Assembly: GCA_964016885.1 (NCBI GenBank)
Contig: OZ024745.1
Coordinates: 89,280,001 to 89,344,000 of the forward strand
DNA: 64,000 nucleotides
Source: Eledone cirrhosa
Taxonomy: Eukaryota
Reading direction: 5' to 3'
In this document: piece after piece, positions 15,001 through 29,740 of the stretch
Numbering within the stretch: position 1 is the first letter of the stretch
Layout of the letters: every line of letters begins with the position of its first letter
The notes under the pieces: generated by a model
The model's database searches: none
Told to the model about the DNA's origin: nothing
What the model saw: only the letters and a program-made list of their open reading frames with translations
Made by a program: the position numbers and the translations under genes

Positions 15001-18000
15001 TAGTTGCTACATAGATTGCTATAGATGTATTTGCTACATAGATTGTTATAGATGTAGTTGCGACGTAGATTGTTATAGATGTAGTTGCTATATAGATTGC
15101 TATAGATCTATTTGCTACATAGATTGTTATAGATGTAGTTGGTACAGAGATTGTTATAGATGTAGTTGCTACATAGATTGTTATAGATGTAGTTGCTACA
15201 TAGATTGTGATAGATGTAGTTGCTAGATAGATTGCTATATAAGTAGTTGCTACATATATTGTTATAGATGTAGTTGCTACATAGATTGCCATAGATGGAG
15301 TTGCTACATAGATTGCCATAGATGTAGTTGCTACATAGATTGCCATAGATGTAGTTGCTACATAGATTGCCATAGATGTAGTTGCTACACAGATTGTTTT
15401 ATATGTAGTTGCTACATAGATTGCTATAGATGTAGTTGCTACATAGATTGTTATAGATGTAGTTGCTACATAGATTGCTATAGATGTAGTTGCTACATAG
15501 ATTGCTATAGATATAGTTGCTACATAGATCGTCATAGACGTAGTTGCTACATAGATTTTTATAGATGTAGTTGCTACATAGATTTTTATAGATGTAGTTT
15601 TTACATAGATTGCCATAGATGGAGTTGCTACATAGATTGCCATATATGTAGTTGCTACATAGATTGCCATAGATGTAGTTGCTACATAGATTGCCATAGA
15701 TGTAGTTGCTACATAGATTGCAATTTATGTAGTTGCTACATAGACTGTTATAAATGTAGTTGCTACATAGATTGCCATAGATGTATTTGCTACATAGATT
15801 GCCATAGATGTAGTTGCTACATAGATTGCCATAGCTGTAGTTGCTACATATATTGCCATAGATGTAGTTGCAACATAGATTGTTATAGATGTAGTTGCTA
15901 CATAGATTGCCATAGATGGAGTTGCTACGTAGATTACCATAGATGTAGTTGCTACATAGATTGCCATAGTTGTAGTTGCTACATAGATTGCCATAGATGT
16001 AGATGCTACATAGATTGTTATAGATGTAGTTGCTAAATAGATTGCTATAGATGTAGTTGCTACATATATTGTTATAGATGTAGTTGCTACATAGATTGCC
16101 ATAGATGTAGTTGCTACATAGATTGTTATAGATGTAGTTGCTACATTGATTGTTATAGATGTAGTTGCTACATAGATTGTTATAGATGTAGTTGCTACAT
16201 AGATTGTTATAGATGTAGTTGCTACATAGATTGCCATGGATGTAGTTGCTACATAGATTGTTATAGATGTAGTTGCTACATAGATTGCCATAGATGTAGT
16301 TGCTACATAGATTGTTATATATGTAGTTGCTACATAGATTGCTATAGATGTAGTTGCTACATAGATTGTTATATATGTAGTTGCTACATAGATTGCTATA
16401 GATGTAGTTGCTACATATATTGTTATAGATGTAGTTGCTACATAGATTGCTATAGATGTAGTTGCTACATAGATTGCCATAGAAGTAGTTGCTACATAGA
16501 TCGTCATAGACGTAGTTGCTACATAGATTGTTAGAGATGTAGTTGCTACATAGATTGCTCTAGATGTATTTGCTACATAGATTGTTATAGATGTAGTTTC
16601 TACATAGATTGTTATAGATGTAGTTGCTACATAGATTGCTATAGATGTATTTGCTACATAGATTGCCATAGATGTAGTTGCTACATAGATTGCCATAGAT
16701 GTAGTTGCTACATTGATTGTTATAGATGTAGTTGCTACATATATTGTTATAGATGTAGTTGCTACATAGATTGTTATAGATGTAGTTGCTACATAGATTG
16801 CTATAGATGTAGTTCCTGCATAGATTGCTTTGAATGTAGTTGCTACATAGATTGCTATAATGTAGTTGCTACATATATTGCTATATAAGTAGTTGCTACA
16901 TAGATTCTTATAGATTTAGTTGCTACATAGATTGTTATAGATGTAGTTGCTACATAGATTGCTATAGATGTATTTGCTACATAGATTGTTATAGATGTAG
17001 TTGCGACATAGATTGTTATAGATGTAGTTGCTATATAGATTGCTATAGATCTATTTGCTACATAGATTGTTATAGATGTAGTTGGTACAGAGATTGTTAT
17101 AGATGTAGTTGCTACATAGATTGTTATAGATGTAGTTGCTACATAGATTGTGATAGATGTAGTTGCTAGATAGATTGCTATATAAGTAGTTGCTACATAT
17201 ATTGTTATAGATGTAGTTGCTACATAGATTGCCATAGATGGAGTTGCTACATAGATTGCCATAGATGTAGTTGCTACATAGATTGCCATAGATGTAGTTG
17301 CTACATAGATTGCCATAGATGTAGTTGCTACATAGATTGTTTTATATGTAGTTGCTACATAGATTGCTATAGATGTAGTTGCTACATAGATTGTTATAGA
17401 TGTAGTCGCTGCATAGATTGTTATAGATGTAGTTGCTACATAGATTGCTATAGATATAGTTGCTACATAGATCGTCATAGACGTAGTTGCTACATAGATT
17501 TTTATAGATGTAGTTGCTACATAGATTTTTATAGATGTAGTTTTTACATAGATTGCCATAGATGGAGTTGCTACATAGATTGCCATATATGTAGTTGCTA
17601 CATAGATTGCCATAGATGTAGTTGCTACATAGATTGCCATAGATGTAGTTGCTACATAGATTGCCATAGATGTAGATGCTACATAGATTGTTATAGATGT
17701 AGTTGCTAAATAGATTGCTATAGATGTAGTTGCTACATATATTGTTATAGATGTAGTTGCTACATAGATTGCCATAGATGTAGTTGCTACATAGATTGTT
17801 ATAGATGTAGTTGCTACATTGATTGTTATAGATGTAGTTGCTACATAGATTCTTATAGATGTAGTTGCTACATAGATTGCCATGGATGTAGTTGCTACAT
17901 AGATTGTTATAGATGTAGTTGCTACATAGATTGCCATAGATGTAGTTGCTACATAGATTGTTATATATGTAGTTGATACATAGATTGCTATAGATGTAGT

Positions 18001-21000
18001 TGCTACATAGATTGTTATAGATGTAGTTGCTACATAGATTGCTATAGATGTAGTTGCTACATAGATTGCCATAGAAGTAGTTGCTACATAGATCGTCATA
18101 GACGTAGTTGCTACATAGATTGTTATAGATGTAGTTGCTACATAGATTGCCATTTATGTAGTTGCTACATAGATTGTTATAAATGTAGTTGCTACATAGA
18201 TTGCCATAGATGTATTTGCTATATAGATTGCCATAGATGTAGTTGCTACATTGATTGTTATAGATGTAGTTGCTACATATATTGTTATAGATGTAGTTGC
18301 TACATAGATTGTTATAGATGTAGTTGCTACACAGATCGATATAGATGTAGTTGCTACATAGATTGCTATAGATGTAGTAGCTACATAGATTGCTATAGAT
18401 GTAGTTGCTACATATATTGCTATAGATGTAGTTGCTACATAGATTGTTATAGATGTAGTTGCTACATAGAATGCTATAGATGTATTTGCTACATAGATTG
18501 TTAGAGATGTAGTTGCTACATAGATTGTTATAGGTGTAGTTGCTACATAGATTGTGATAGATGTAGTTGCTACATAGATTGCCATAGATGTAGATGCTAC
18601 ATAGATTGTTATAGATGTAGTTGCTAAATAGATTGCTATAGATGTATTTGCTACATATATTGTTATATATGTAGTTGCTACATAGATTGCCATAGATGTA
18701 GTTGCTACATAGATTGTTATAGATGTAGTTGCTACATTGATTGTTATAGATGTAGTTGCTACATAGATTGTTATAGATGTAGTTGCTACATAGATTGTTA
18801 TAGATGTAGTTGCTACATAGATTGCCATGGATGTAGTTGCTACATAGATTGTTATATATGTAGTTGCTACATATATTGAAATGGACGTAGTTGCTACATA
18901 GATTGTTATAGATGTAGTTGCTACATAGATTGCCATAGATGTAGTTGCTACATAGATTGTTATATATGTAGTTGCTACATAGATTGCTATAGATGTAGTT
19001 GCTACATATATTGTTATAGATGTAGTTGCTACATAGATTGCTATAGATGTAGTTGCTACATAGATTGCCATAGAAGTAGTTGCTAAATAGATCGTCATAG
19101 ACGTAGTTGCTACATAGATTGTTAGAGATGTAGTTGCTACATAGATTGCTCTAGATGTATTTGCTACATAGATTGTTATAGATGTAGTTTCTACATAGAT
19201 TGTTATAGATGTAGTGGCTACATAGATTGCTATAGATGTATTTGCTACATAGATTGCCATAGATGTAGTTGCTACATAGATTGCCATAGATGTAGTTGCT
19301 ACATTGATTGTTATAGATGTAGTTGCTACATATATTGTTATAGATGTAGTTGCTACATAGATTGTTATAGATGTAGTTGCTACATAGATTGCTATAGATG
19401 TAGTTGCTGCATAGATTGCTTTGAATGTAGTTGCTACATAGATTGCTATAATGTAGTTGCTACATAGATTGCTATATAAGTAGTTGCTACATAGATTCTT
19501 ATAGATTTAGTTGCTACATAGATTGTTATAGATGTAGTTGCTACATAGATTGCTATAGATGTATTTGCTACATAGATTGTTATAGATGTAGTTGCGACAT
19601 AGATTGTTATAGATGTAGTTGCTATATAGATTGCTATAGATCTATTTGCTACATAGATTGTTATAGATGTAGTTGGTACAGAGATTGTTATAGATGTAGT
19701 TGCTACATAGATTGTTATAGATGTAGTTGCTACATAGATTGTGATAGATGTAGTTGCTAGATAGATTGCTATATAAGTAGTTGCTACATATATTGTTATA
19801 GATGTAGTTGCTACATAGATTGCCATAGATGGAGTTGCTACATAGATTGCCATAGATGTAGTTGCTACATAGATTGCCATAGATGTAGTTGCTACATAGA
19901 TTGCCATAGATGTAGTTGCTACATAGATTGTTTTATATGTAGTTGCTACATAGATTGCTATAGATGTAGTTGCTACATAGATTGTTATAGATGTAGTTGC
20001 TACATAGATTGCTATAGATGTAGTTGCTACATAGATTGCTATAGATATAATTGCTACATAGATCGTCATAGACGTAGTTGCTACATAGATTTTTATAGAT
20101 GTAGTTGCTACATAGATTTTTATAGATGTTGTTTTTACATAGATTGCCATAGATGGAGTTGCTACATAGATTGCCATATATGTAGTTGCTACATAGATTG
20201 CCATAGATGTAGTTGCTACATAGATTGCCATAGATGTAGTTGCTACATAGATTGCCATTTATGTAGTTGCTACATACACTGTTATAAATGTAGTTGCTAC
20301 ATAGATTGCCATAGATGTATTTGCTACATAGATTGCCATAGATGTAGTTGCTACATAGATTGCCATAGCTGTAGTTGCTACATATATTGCCATAGATGTA
20401 GTTGCTACATAGATTGTTATAGATGTAGTTGCTACATAGATTGCCATAGATGGAGTTGCTACGTAGATTACCATAGATGTAGTTGCTACATAGATTGCCA
20501 TAGATGTAGTTGCTACATAGATTGCCATAGATGTAGATGCTACATAGATTGTTATAGATGTAGTTGCTAAATAGATTGCTATAGATGTAGTTGCTACATA
20601 TATTGTTATAGATGTAGTTGCTACATAGATTGCCATAGATGTAGTTGCTACATAGATTGTTATAGATGTAGTTGCTACATTGATTGTTATAGATGTAGTT
20701 GCTACATAGATTGTTATAGATGTAGTTGCTACATAGATTGTTATAGATGTAGTTGCTACATAGATTGCCATGGATGTAGTTGCTACATAGATTGTTATAG
20801 ATGTAGTTGCTACATAGATTGCCATAGATGTAGTTGCTACATAGATTGTTATATATGTAGTTGCTACATAGAATGCTATAGATGTATTTGCTACATAGAT
20901 TGTTAGAGATGTAGTTGCTACATAGATTGTTATAGGTGTAGTTGCTACATAGATTGTGATAGATGTAGTTGCTACATAGATTGCCATAGATGTAGATGCT

Positions 21001-24000
21001 ACATAGATTGTTATAGATGTTGTTGCTAAATAGATTGCTATATATGTAGTTGCTACATATATTGTTATATATGTAGTTGCTACATAGATTGCCATAGATG
21101 TAGTTGCTACATAGATTGTTATAGATGTAGTTGCTACATTGATTGTTATAGATGAAGTTGCTACATAGATTGTTATAGATGTAGTTGCTACATAGATTGT
21201 TATAGATGTAGTTGCTACATAGATTGCCATGGATGTAGTTGCTACATAGATTGTTATATATGTAGTTGCTACATATATTGAAATGGACGTAGTTGCTACA
21301 TAGATTGTTATAGATGTAGTTGCTACATAGATTGCCATAGATGTAGTTGCTACATAGATTGTTATATATGTAGTTGCTACATAGATTGCTATAGATGTAG
21401 TTGCTACATATATTGTTATAGATGTAGTTGCTACATAGATTGCTATAGATGTAGTTGCTACATAGATTGCCATAGAAGTAGTTGCTACATAGATCGTCAT
21501 AGACGTAGTTGCTACATAGATTGTTAGAGATGTAGTTGCTACATAGATTGCTCTAGATGTATTTGCTACATAGATTGTTATAGATGTAGTTTCTACATAG
21601 ATTGTTATAGATGTAGTTGCTACATAGATTGCTATAGATGTATTTGCTACATAGATTGCCATAGATGTAGTTGCTACATAGATTGCCATAGATGTAGTTG
21701 CTACATTGATTGTTATAGATGTAGTTGCTACATATATTGTTATAGATGTAGTTGCTACATAGATTGTTATAGATGTAGTTGCTACATAGATTGCTATAGA
21801 TGTAGTTGCTGCATAGATTGCTTTGAATGTAGTTGCTACATAGATTGCTATAATGTAGTTGCTACATAGATTGCTATATAAGTAGTTGCTACATAGATTC
21901 TTATAGATTTAGTTGCTACATAGATTGTTATAGATGTAGTTGCTACATAGATTGCTTTAGATGTATTTGCTACATAGATTGTTATAGATGTAGTTGCGAC
22001 ATAGATTGTTATAGATGTAGTTGCTATATAGATTGCTATAGATCTATTTGCTACATAGATTGTTATAGATGTAGTTGGTACAGAGATTGTTATAGATGTA
22101 GTTGCTACATAGATTGTTATAGATGTAGTTGCTACATAGATTGTGATAGATGTAGTTGCTAGATAGATTGCTATATAAGTAGTTGCTACATATATTGTTA
22201 TAGATGTAGTTGCTACATAGATTGCCATAGATGGAGTTGCTACATAGATTGCCATAGATGTAGTTGCTACATAGATTGCCATAGATGTAGTTGCTACATA
22301 GATTGCCATAGATGTAGTTGCTACATAGATTGTTTTATATGTAGTTGCTACATAGATTGCTATAGATGTAGTTGCTACATAGATTGTTATAGATGTAGTT
22401 GCTACATAGATTGCTATAGATGTAGTTGCTACATAGATTGCTATAGATATACTTGCTACATAGATCGTCATAGACGTAGTTGCTACATAGATTTTTATAG
22501 ATGTAGTTGCTACATAGATTTTTATAGATGTAGTTTTTACATAGATTGCCATAGATGGAGTTGCTACATAGATTGCCATATATGTAGTTGCTACATAGAT
22601 TGCCATAGATGTAGTTGCTACATAGATTGCCATAGATGTAGTTGCTACATAGATTGCCACTTATGTAGTTGCTACATAGACTGTTATAAATGTAGTTGCT
22701 ACATAGATTGCCATAGATGTATTTGCTACATAGATTGCCATAGATGTAGTTGCTACATAGATTGCCATAGCTGTAGTTGCTACATATATTGCCATAGATG
22801 TAGTTGCTACATAGATTGTTATAGATGTAGTTGCTACATAGATTGCCATAGATGGAGTTGCTACGTAGATTACCATAGATGTAGTTGCTACATAGATTGC
22901 CATAGATGTAGTTGCTACATAGATTGCCATAGATGTAGATGCTACATAGATTGTTATAGATGTAGTTGCTAAATAGATTGCTATAGATGTAGTTGCTACA
23001 TATATTGTTATAGATGTAGTTGCTACATAGATTGCCATATATGTAGTTGCTACATAGATTGTTATAGATGTAGTTGCTACATTGATTGTTATAGATGTAG
23101 TTGCTACATAGATTGTTATAGATGTAGTTGCTACATAGATTGTTATAGATGTAGTTGCTACATAGATTGCCATGGATGTAGTTGCTACATAGATTGTTAT
23201 AGATGTAGTTGCTACATAGATTGCCATAGATGTAGTTGCTACATAGATTGTTATATATGTAGTTGATACATAGATTGCTATAGATGTAGTTGCTACATAG
23301 ATTGTTATAGATGTAGTTGCTACATAGATTGCTATAGATGTAGTTGCTACATAGATTGCCATAGAAGTAGTTGCTACATAGATCGTCATAGACGTAGTTG
23401 CTACATAGATTGTTATAGATGTAGTTGCTACATAGATTGCCATTTATGTAGTTGCTACATAGATTGTTATAAATGTAGTTGCTACATAGATTGCCATAGA
23501 TGTATTTGCTATATAGATTGCCATAGATGTAGTTGCTACATTGATTGTTATAGATGTAGTTGCTACATATATTGTTATAGATGTAGTTGCTACATAGATT
23601 GTTATAGATGTAGTTGCTACACAGATCGACATAGATGTAGTTGCTACATAGATTGCTATAGATGTAGTAGCTACATAGATTGCTATAGATGTAGTTGCTA
23701 CATATATTGCTATAGATGTAGTTGCTACATAGATTGTTATAGATGTAGTTGCTACATAGAATGCTATAGATGTATTTGCTACATAGATTGTTAGAGATGT
23801 AGTTGCTACATAGATTGTTATAGGTGTAGTTGCTACATAGATTGTGATAGATGTAGTTGCTAGATAGATATCTATATAAGTAGTTGCTACATATATTGTT
23901 ATAGATATAGTGCTACATAGATTGCCATAGATGGAGTTGCTACATAGATTGCCATAGATGTAGTTGCTACATAGATTGCCATAGATGTAGTTGCTACATA

Positions 24001-24699
24001 GATTGCCATAGATGTAGTTGCTACATAGATTGTTATATATGTAGTTGCTACATAGATTGCTATAGATGTAGTTGCTACATAGATTGTTATAGATGTAGTT
24101 GCTACATAGATTGCTATAGATGTAGTTGCTACATAGATTGTTATAGATGTAGTTGCTACATAGATTGCCATAGATGTAGTTGCTACATAGATTGCTATAG
24201 ATGTAGTAGCTACATAGATTGCTATAGATGTAGTTGGTACAGAGATTGTTATAGATGTAGTTGCTACATAGATTGTTATAGATGTAGTTGCTAGACAGAT
24301 CGCCATAGATGTAGTTGCTACATAGATTGCTATAGATGTAGTAGCTACATAGATTGTTATAGATGGAGTTGGTACAGAGATTGTTATAAATGTAGTTGCT
24401 ACATAGATTGTTATAGATGTAGTTGCTACATAGATTGTGATAGATGTAGTTGCTAGATAGATTGCTATATAAGTAGTTGCTACATATATTGTTATAGATG
24501 TAGTTGCTACATAGATTGCCATAGATGTAGTTCCTACATAGATTGCCATAGATGTAGTTGCTACATAGATTGCCATAGATGTAGTTGCTACATAGATTGC
24601 TATATATGTAGTTGCTACATAGATTGCCAAAGATGTAGTTGCTACATAGATTGTTATAGATGTAGTTGCTACATAGATTGCCATAGATGTAGTTGCTAC

Positions 24700-27600
24700 A
24701 TAGATTGTTATATATGTAGTTGCTACATACATTGCTATAGATGTAGTTGCTACATAGATTGTTATAGATGTAGTTGCTACATAGATTGCCATAGATGTAG
24801 TTGCTACATAGATTGCCATAGATGTAGTTGCTACATAGATTGCCATAGATGTAGTTGCTACATAGATTGCCATAGATGTAGTTGCTACATAGATTGCCAT
24901 TTATGTAGTTGCTACATAGATTGTTATAAATGTAGTTGCTACATAGATTGCCGTAGATATATTTGCTACATAGATTGCCATAGATGTAGCGGCTACATTG
25001 TTTGTTATAGATGTAGTTGCTACATATATTGTTATAGATGTAGTTGCTACATAGTTTGTTATAGATGTAGTTGCTACACAGATCGCCATAAATGTAGTTG
25101 CTACATAGATTGCTATAGATGTAGTTGCTACATATATTGCTATAGATGTAGTTGCTACATAGATTGTTATAGATGTAGTTGCTACATAGAATGCTATAGA
25201 TGTATTTGCTACATAGATTGTTAGAGATGTAGTTGCTACATAGATTGTTATAGGTGTAGTTGCTACATAGATTGTGATAGATGTAGTTGCTAGATAGATT
25301 GCTATATAAGTAGTTGCTACATATATTGTTATAGATGTAGTGCTACATAGATTGCCATAGATGGAGTTGCTACATAGATTGCCATAGATGTAGTTGCTAC
25401 ATAGATTGCCATAGATGTAGTTGCTACATAGATTGCCATAGATGTAGTTGCTACATAGATTGTTATATATGTAGTTGCTACATAGATTGCTATAGATGTA
25501 GTTGCTACATAGATTGTTATAGATGTAGTTGCTACATAGATTGCTATAGATGTAGTTGCTACATAGATTGCTATAGATGTAGTTGCTACATAGATCGTCA
25601 TAGACGTAGTTGGTACATAGATTTTTATAGATGTAGTTGCTACATAGATTTTTATAGATGTAGTTTTTACATAGATTGGCATAGATGGAGTTGCTACATA
25701 GATTGCCATATATGTAGTTGCTACATAGATTGCCATAGATGTAGTAGCTACATAGATTGCCATAGATGTAGTTGCTACATAGATTGCCATTTATGTAGTT
25801 GCTACATAGATTGTTATAAATGTTGTTGCTACATAGATTGCCATATATGTATTTGCTACATAGATTGCCATAGATGTAGTTGCTACATTCATTGTTATAG
25901 ATGTAGTTGCTACATATATTGTTATAGATGTAGTTTCTACATAGATTGTTATAGATGTAGTTGCTACACAGATCGCCATAGATGTAGTTGCTACATAGAT
26001 TGCTATAGATGTAGTAGCTACATAGATTGCTATAGATGTAGTTGGTACAGAGATTGTTATAGATGTAGTTGCTACATAGATTGTTATAGATGTAGTTGCT
26101 ACACAGATCGCCATAGATGTAGTTGCTACATAGATTGCTATAGATGTAGTAGCTACATAGATTGTTATAGATGGAGTTGGTACAGAGATTGTTATAAATG
26201 TAGTTGCTACATAGATTGTTATAGATGTAGTTGCTACATAGAATGCTATAAATGTATTTGCTACATAGATTGTTAGAGATGTAGTTGCTACATAGATTGT
26301 TATAGGTGTAGTTGCTACATAGATTGTGATAGATGTAGTTGCTAGATAGATTGCTATATAAGTAGTTGCTACATATATTGTTATAGATGTAGTGCTACAT
26401 AGATTGCCATAGATGGAGTTGCTACATAGATTGCCATAGATGTAGTTGCTACATAGATTGCCATAGATGTAGTTGCTACATAGATTGCCATAGATGTAGT
26501 TGCTACATAGATTGTTATATATGTAGTTGCTACATAGATTGCTATAGATGTAGTTGCTACATAGATTGTTATAGATGTAGTTGCTACATAGATTGCTATA
26601 GATGTAGTTGCTACATAGATTGTTATAGATGTAGTTGCTACATAGATTGCCATAGATGTAGTTGCTACATAGATTGCTATAGATGTAGTAGCTACATAGA
26701 TTGCTATAGATGTATTTGGTACAGAGATTGTTATAGATGTAGTTGCTACATAGATTGTTATAGATGTAGTTGCTACACAGATCGCCATAGATGTAGTTGC
26801 TACATAGATTGCTATAGATGTAGTAGCTACATAGATTGTTATAGATGGAGTTGGTACAGAGATTGTTATAAATGTAGTTGCTACATAGATTGTTATAGAT
26901 GTAGTTGCTACTTTGATTGTGATAGATGTAGTTGCTAGATAGATTGCTATATAAGTAGTTGCTACATATATTGTTATAGATGTAGTTGCTACATAGATTG
27001 CCATAGATGTAGTTCCTACATAGATTGCCATAGATGTAGTTGCTACATAGATTGCCATAGATGTAGTTGCTACATAGATTGCTATATATGTAGTTGCTAC
27101 ATAGATTGCCAAAGATGTAGTTGCTACATAGATTGTTATAGATGTAGTTGCTACATAGATTGTTATAAATGTAGTTGCTACATAGATTGCCATAGATGTA
27201 TTTGCTATATAGATTGCCATAGATGTAGTTGCTACATTGATTGTTATAGATGTAGTTGCTACATATATTGTTATAGATGTAGTTGCTACATAGATTGTTA
27301 TATATGTAGTTGCTACATACATTGCTATAGATGTAGTTGCTACATAGATTGTTATAGATGTAGTTGCTACATAGATTGCCATAGATGTAGTTGCTACATA
27401 GATTGCCATAGATGTAGTTGCTACATAGATTGCCATAGATGTAGTTGCTACATAGATTGCCATAGATGTAGTTGCTACATAGATTGCCATTTATGTAGTT
27501 GCTACATAGATTGTTATAAATGTAGTTGCTACATAGATTGCCGTAGATATATTTGCTACATAGATTGCCATAGATGTAGCGGCTACATTGTTTGTTATAG

Positions 27601-29740
27601 ATGTAGTTGCTACATATATTGTTATAGATGTAGTTGCTACATAGTTTGTTATAGATGTAGTTGCTACACAGATCGCCATAAATGTAGTTGCTACATAGAT
27701 TGCTATAGATGTAGTTGCTACATATATTGCTATAGATGTAGTTGCTACATAGATTGTTATAGATGTAGTTGCTACATAGAATGCTATAGATGTATTTGCT
27801 ACATAGATTGTTAGAGATGTAGTTGCTACATAGATTGTTATAGGTGTAGTTGCTACATAGATTGTGATAGATGTAGTTGCTAGATAGATTGCTATATAAG
27901 TAGTTGCTACATATATTGTTATAGATGTAGTGCTACATAGATTGCCATAGATGGAGTTGCTACATAGATTGCCATAGATGTAGTTGCTACATAGATTGCC
28001 ATAGATGTAGTTGCTACATAGATTGCCATAGATGTAGTTGCTACATAGATTGTTATATATGTAGTTGCTACATAGATTGCTATAGATGTAGTTGCTACAT
28101 AGATTGTTATAGATGTAGTTGCTACATAGATTGCTATAGATGTAGTTGCTACATAGATAGCTATAGATGTAGTTGCTACATAGATCGTCATAGACGTAGT
28201 TGGTACATAGATTTTTATAGATGTAGTTGCTACATAGATTTTTATAGATGTAGTTTTTACATAGATTGGCATAGATGGAGTTGCTACATAGATTGCCATA
28301 TATGTAGTTGCTACATAGATTGCCATAGATGTAGTAGCTACATAGATTGCCATAGATGTAGTTGCTACATAGATTGCCATTTATGTAGTTGCTACATAGA
28401 TTGTTATAAATGTTGTTGCTACATAGATTGCCATATATGTATTTGCTACATAGATTGCCATAGATGTAGTTGCTACATTGATTGTTATAGATGTAGTTGC
28501 TACATATATTGTTATAGATGTAGTTTCTACATAGATTGTTATAGATGTAGTTGCTACACAGATCGCCATAGATGTAGTTGCTACATAGATTGCTATAGAT
28601 GTAGTAGCTACATAGATTGCTATAGATGTAGTTGGTACAGAGATTGTTATAGATGTAGTTGCTACATAGATTGTTATAGATGTAGTTGCTACACAGATCG
28701 CCATAGATGTAGTTGCTACATAGATTGCTATAGATGTAGTAGCTACATAGATTGTTATAGATGGAGTTGGTACAGAGATTGTTATAAATGTAGTTGCTAC
28801 ATAGATTGTTATAGATGTAGTTGCTACATAGAATGCTATAAATGTATTTGCTACATAGATTGTTAGAGATGTAGTTGCTACATAGATTGTTATAGGTGTA
28901 GTTGCTACATAGATTGTGATAGATGTAGTTGCTAGATAGATTGCTATATAAGTAGTTGCTACATATATTGTTATAGATGTAGTGCTACATAGATTGCCAT
29001 AGATGGAGTTGCTACATAGATTGCCATAGATGTAGTTGCTACATAGATTGCCATAGATGTAGTTGCTACATAGATTGCCATAGATGTAGTTGCTACATAG
29101 ATTGTTATATATGTAGTTGCTACATAGATTGCTATAGATGTAGTTGCTACATAGATTGTTATAGATGTAGTTGCTACATAGATTGCTATAGATGTAGTTG
29201 CTACATAGATTGTTATAGATGTAGTTGCTACATAGATTGCCATAGATGTAGTTGCTACATAGATTGCTATAGATGTAGTAGCTACATAGATTGCTATAGA
29301 TGTAGTTGGTACAGAGATTGTTATAGATGTAGTTGCTACATAGATTGTTATAGATGTAGTTGCTACACAGATCGCCATAGATGTAGTTGCTACATAGATT
29401 GCTATAGATGTAGTAGCTACATAGATTGTTATAGATGGAGTTGGTACAGAGATTGTTATAAATGTAGTTGCTACATAGATTGTTATAGATGTAGTTGCTA
29501 CATAGATTGTGATAGATGTAGTTGCTAGATAGATTGCTATATAAGTAGTTGCTACATATATTGTTATAGATGTAGTTGCTACATAGATTGCCATAGATGT
29601 AGTTCCTACATAGATTGCCATAGATGTAGTTGCTACATAGATTGCCATAGATGTAGTTGCTACATAGATTGCTATATATGTAGTTGCTACATAGATTGCC
29701 AAAGATGTAGTTGCTACATAGATTGTTATAGATGTAGTTG
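24700..29740. repeat. Higher-order repeat, period 2590 bp (96 units minus 2 bp)
   Basis: ORF ends 24901/27491, 25329/27919, 25791/28381 and 26381/28971 are all offset by 2590. A further copy of the block starts at 31187. Boundaries are approximate. Confidence 0.85.
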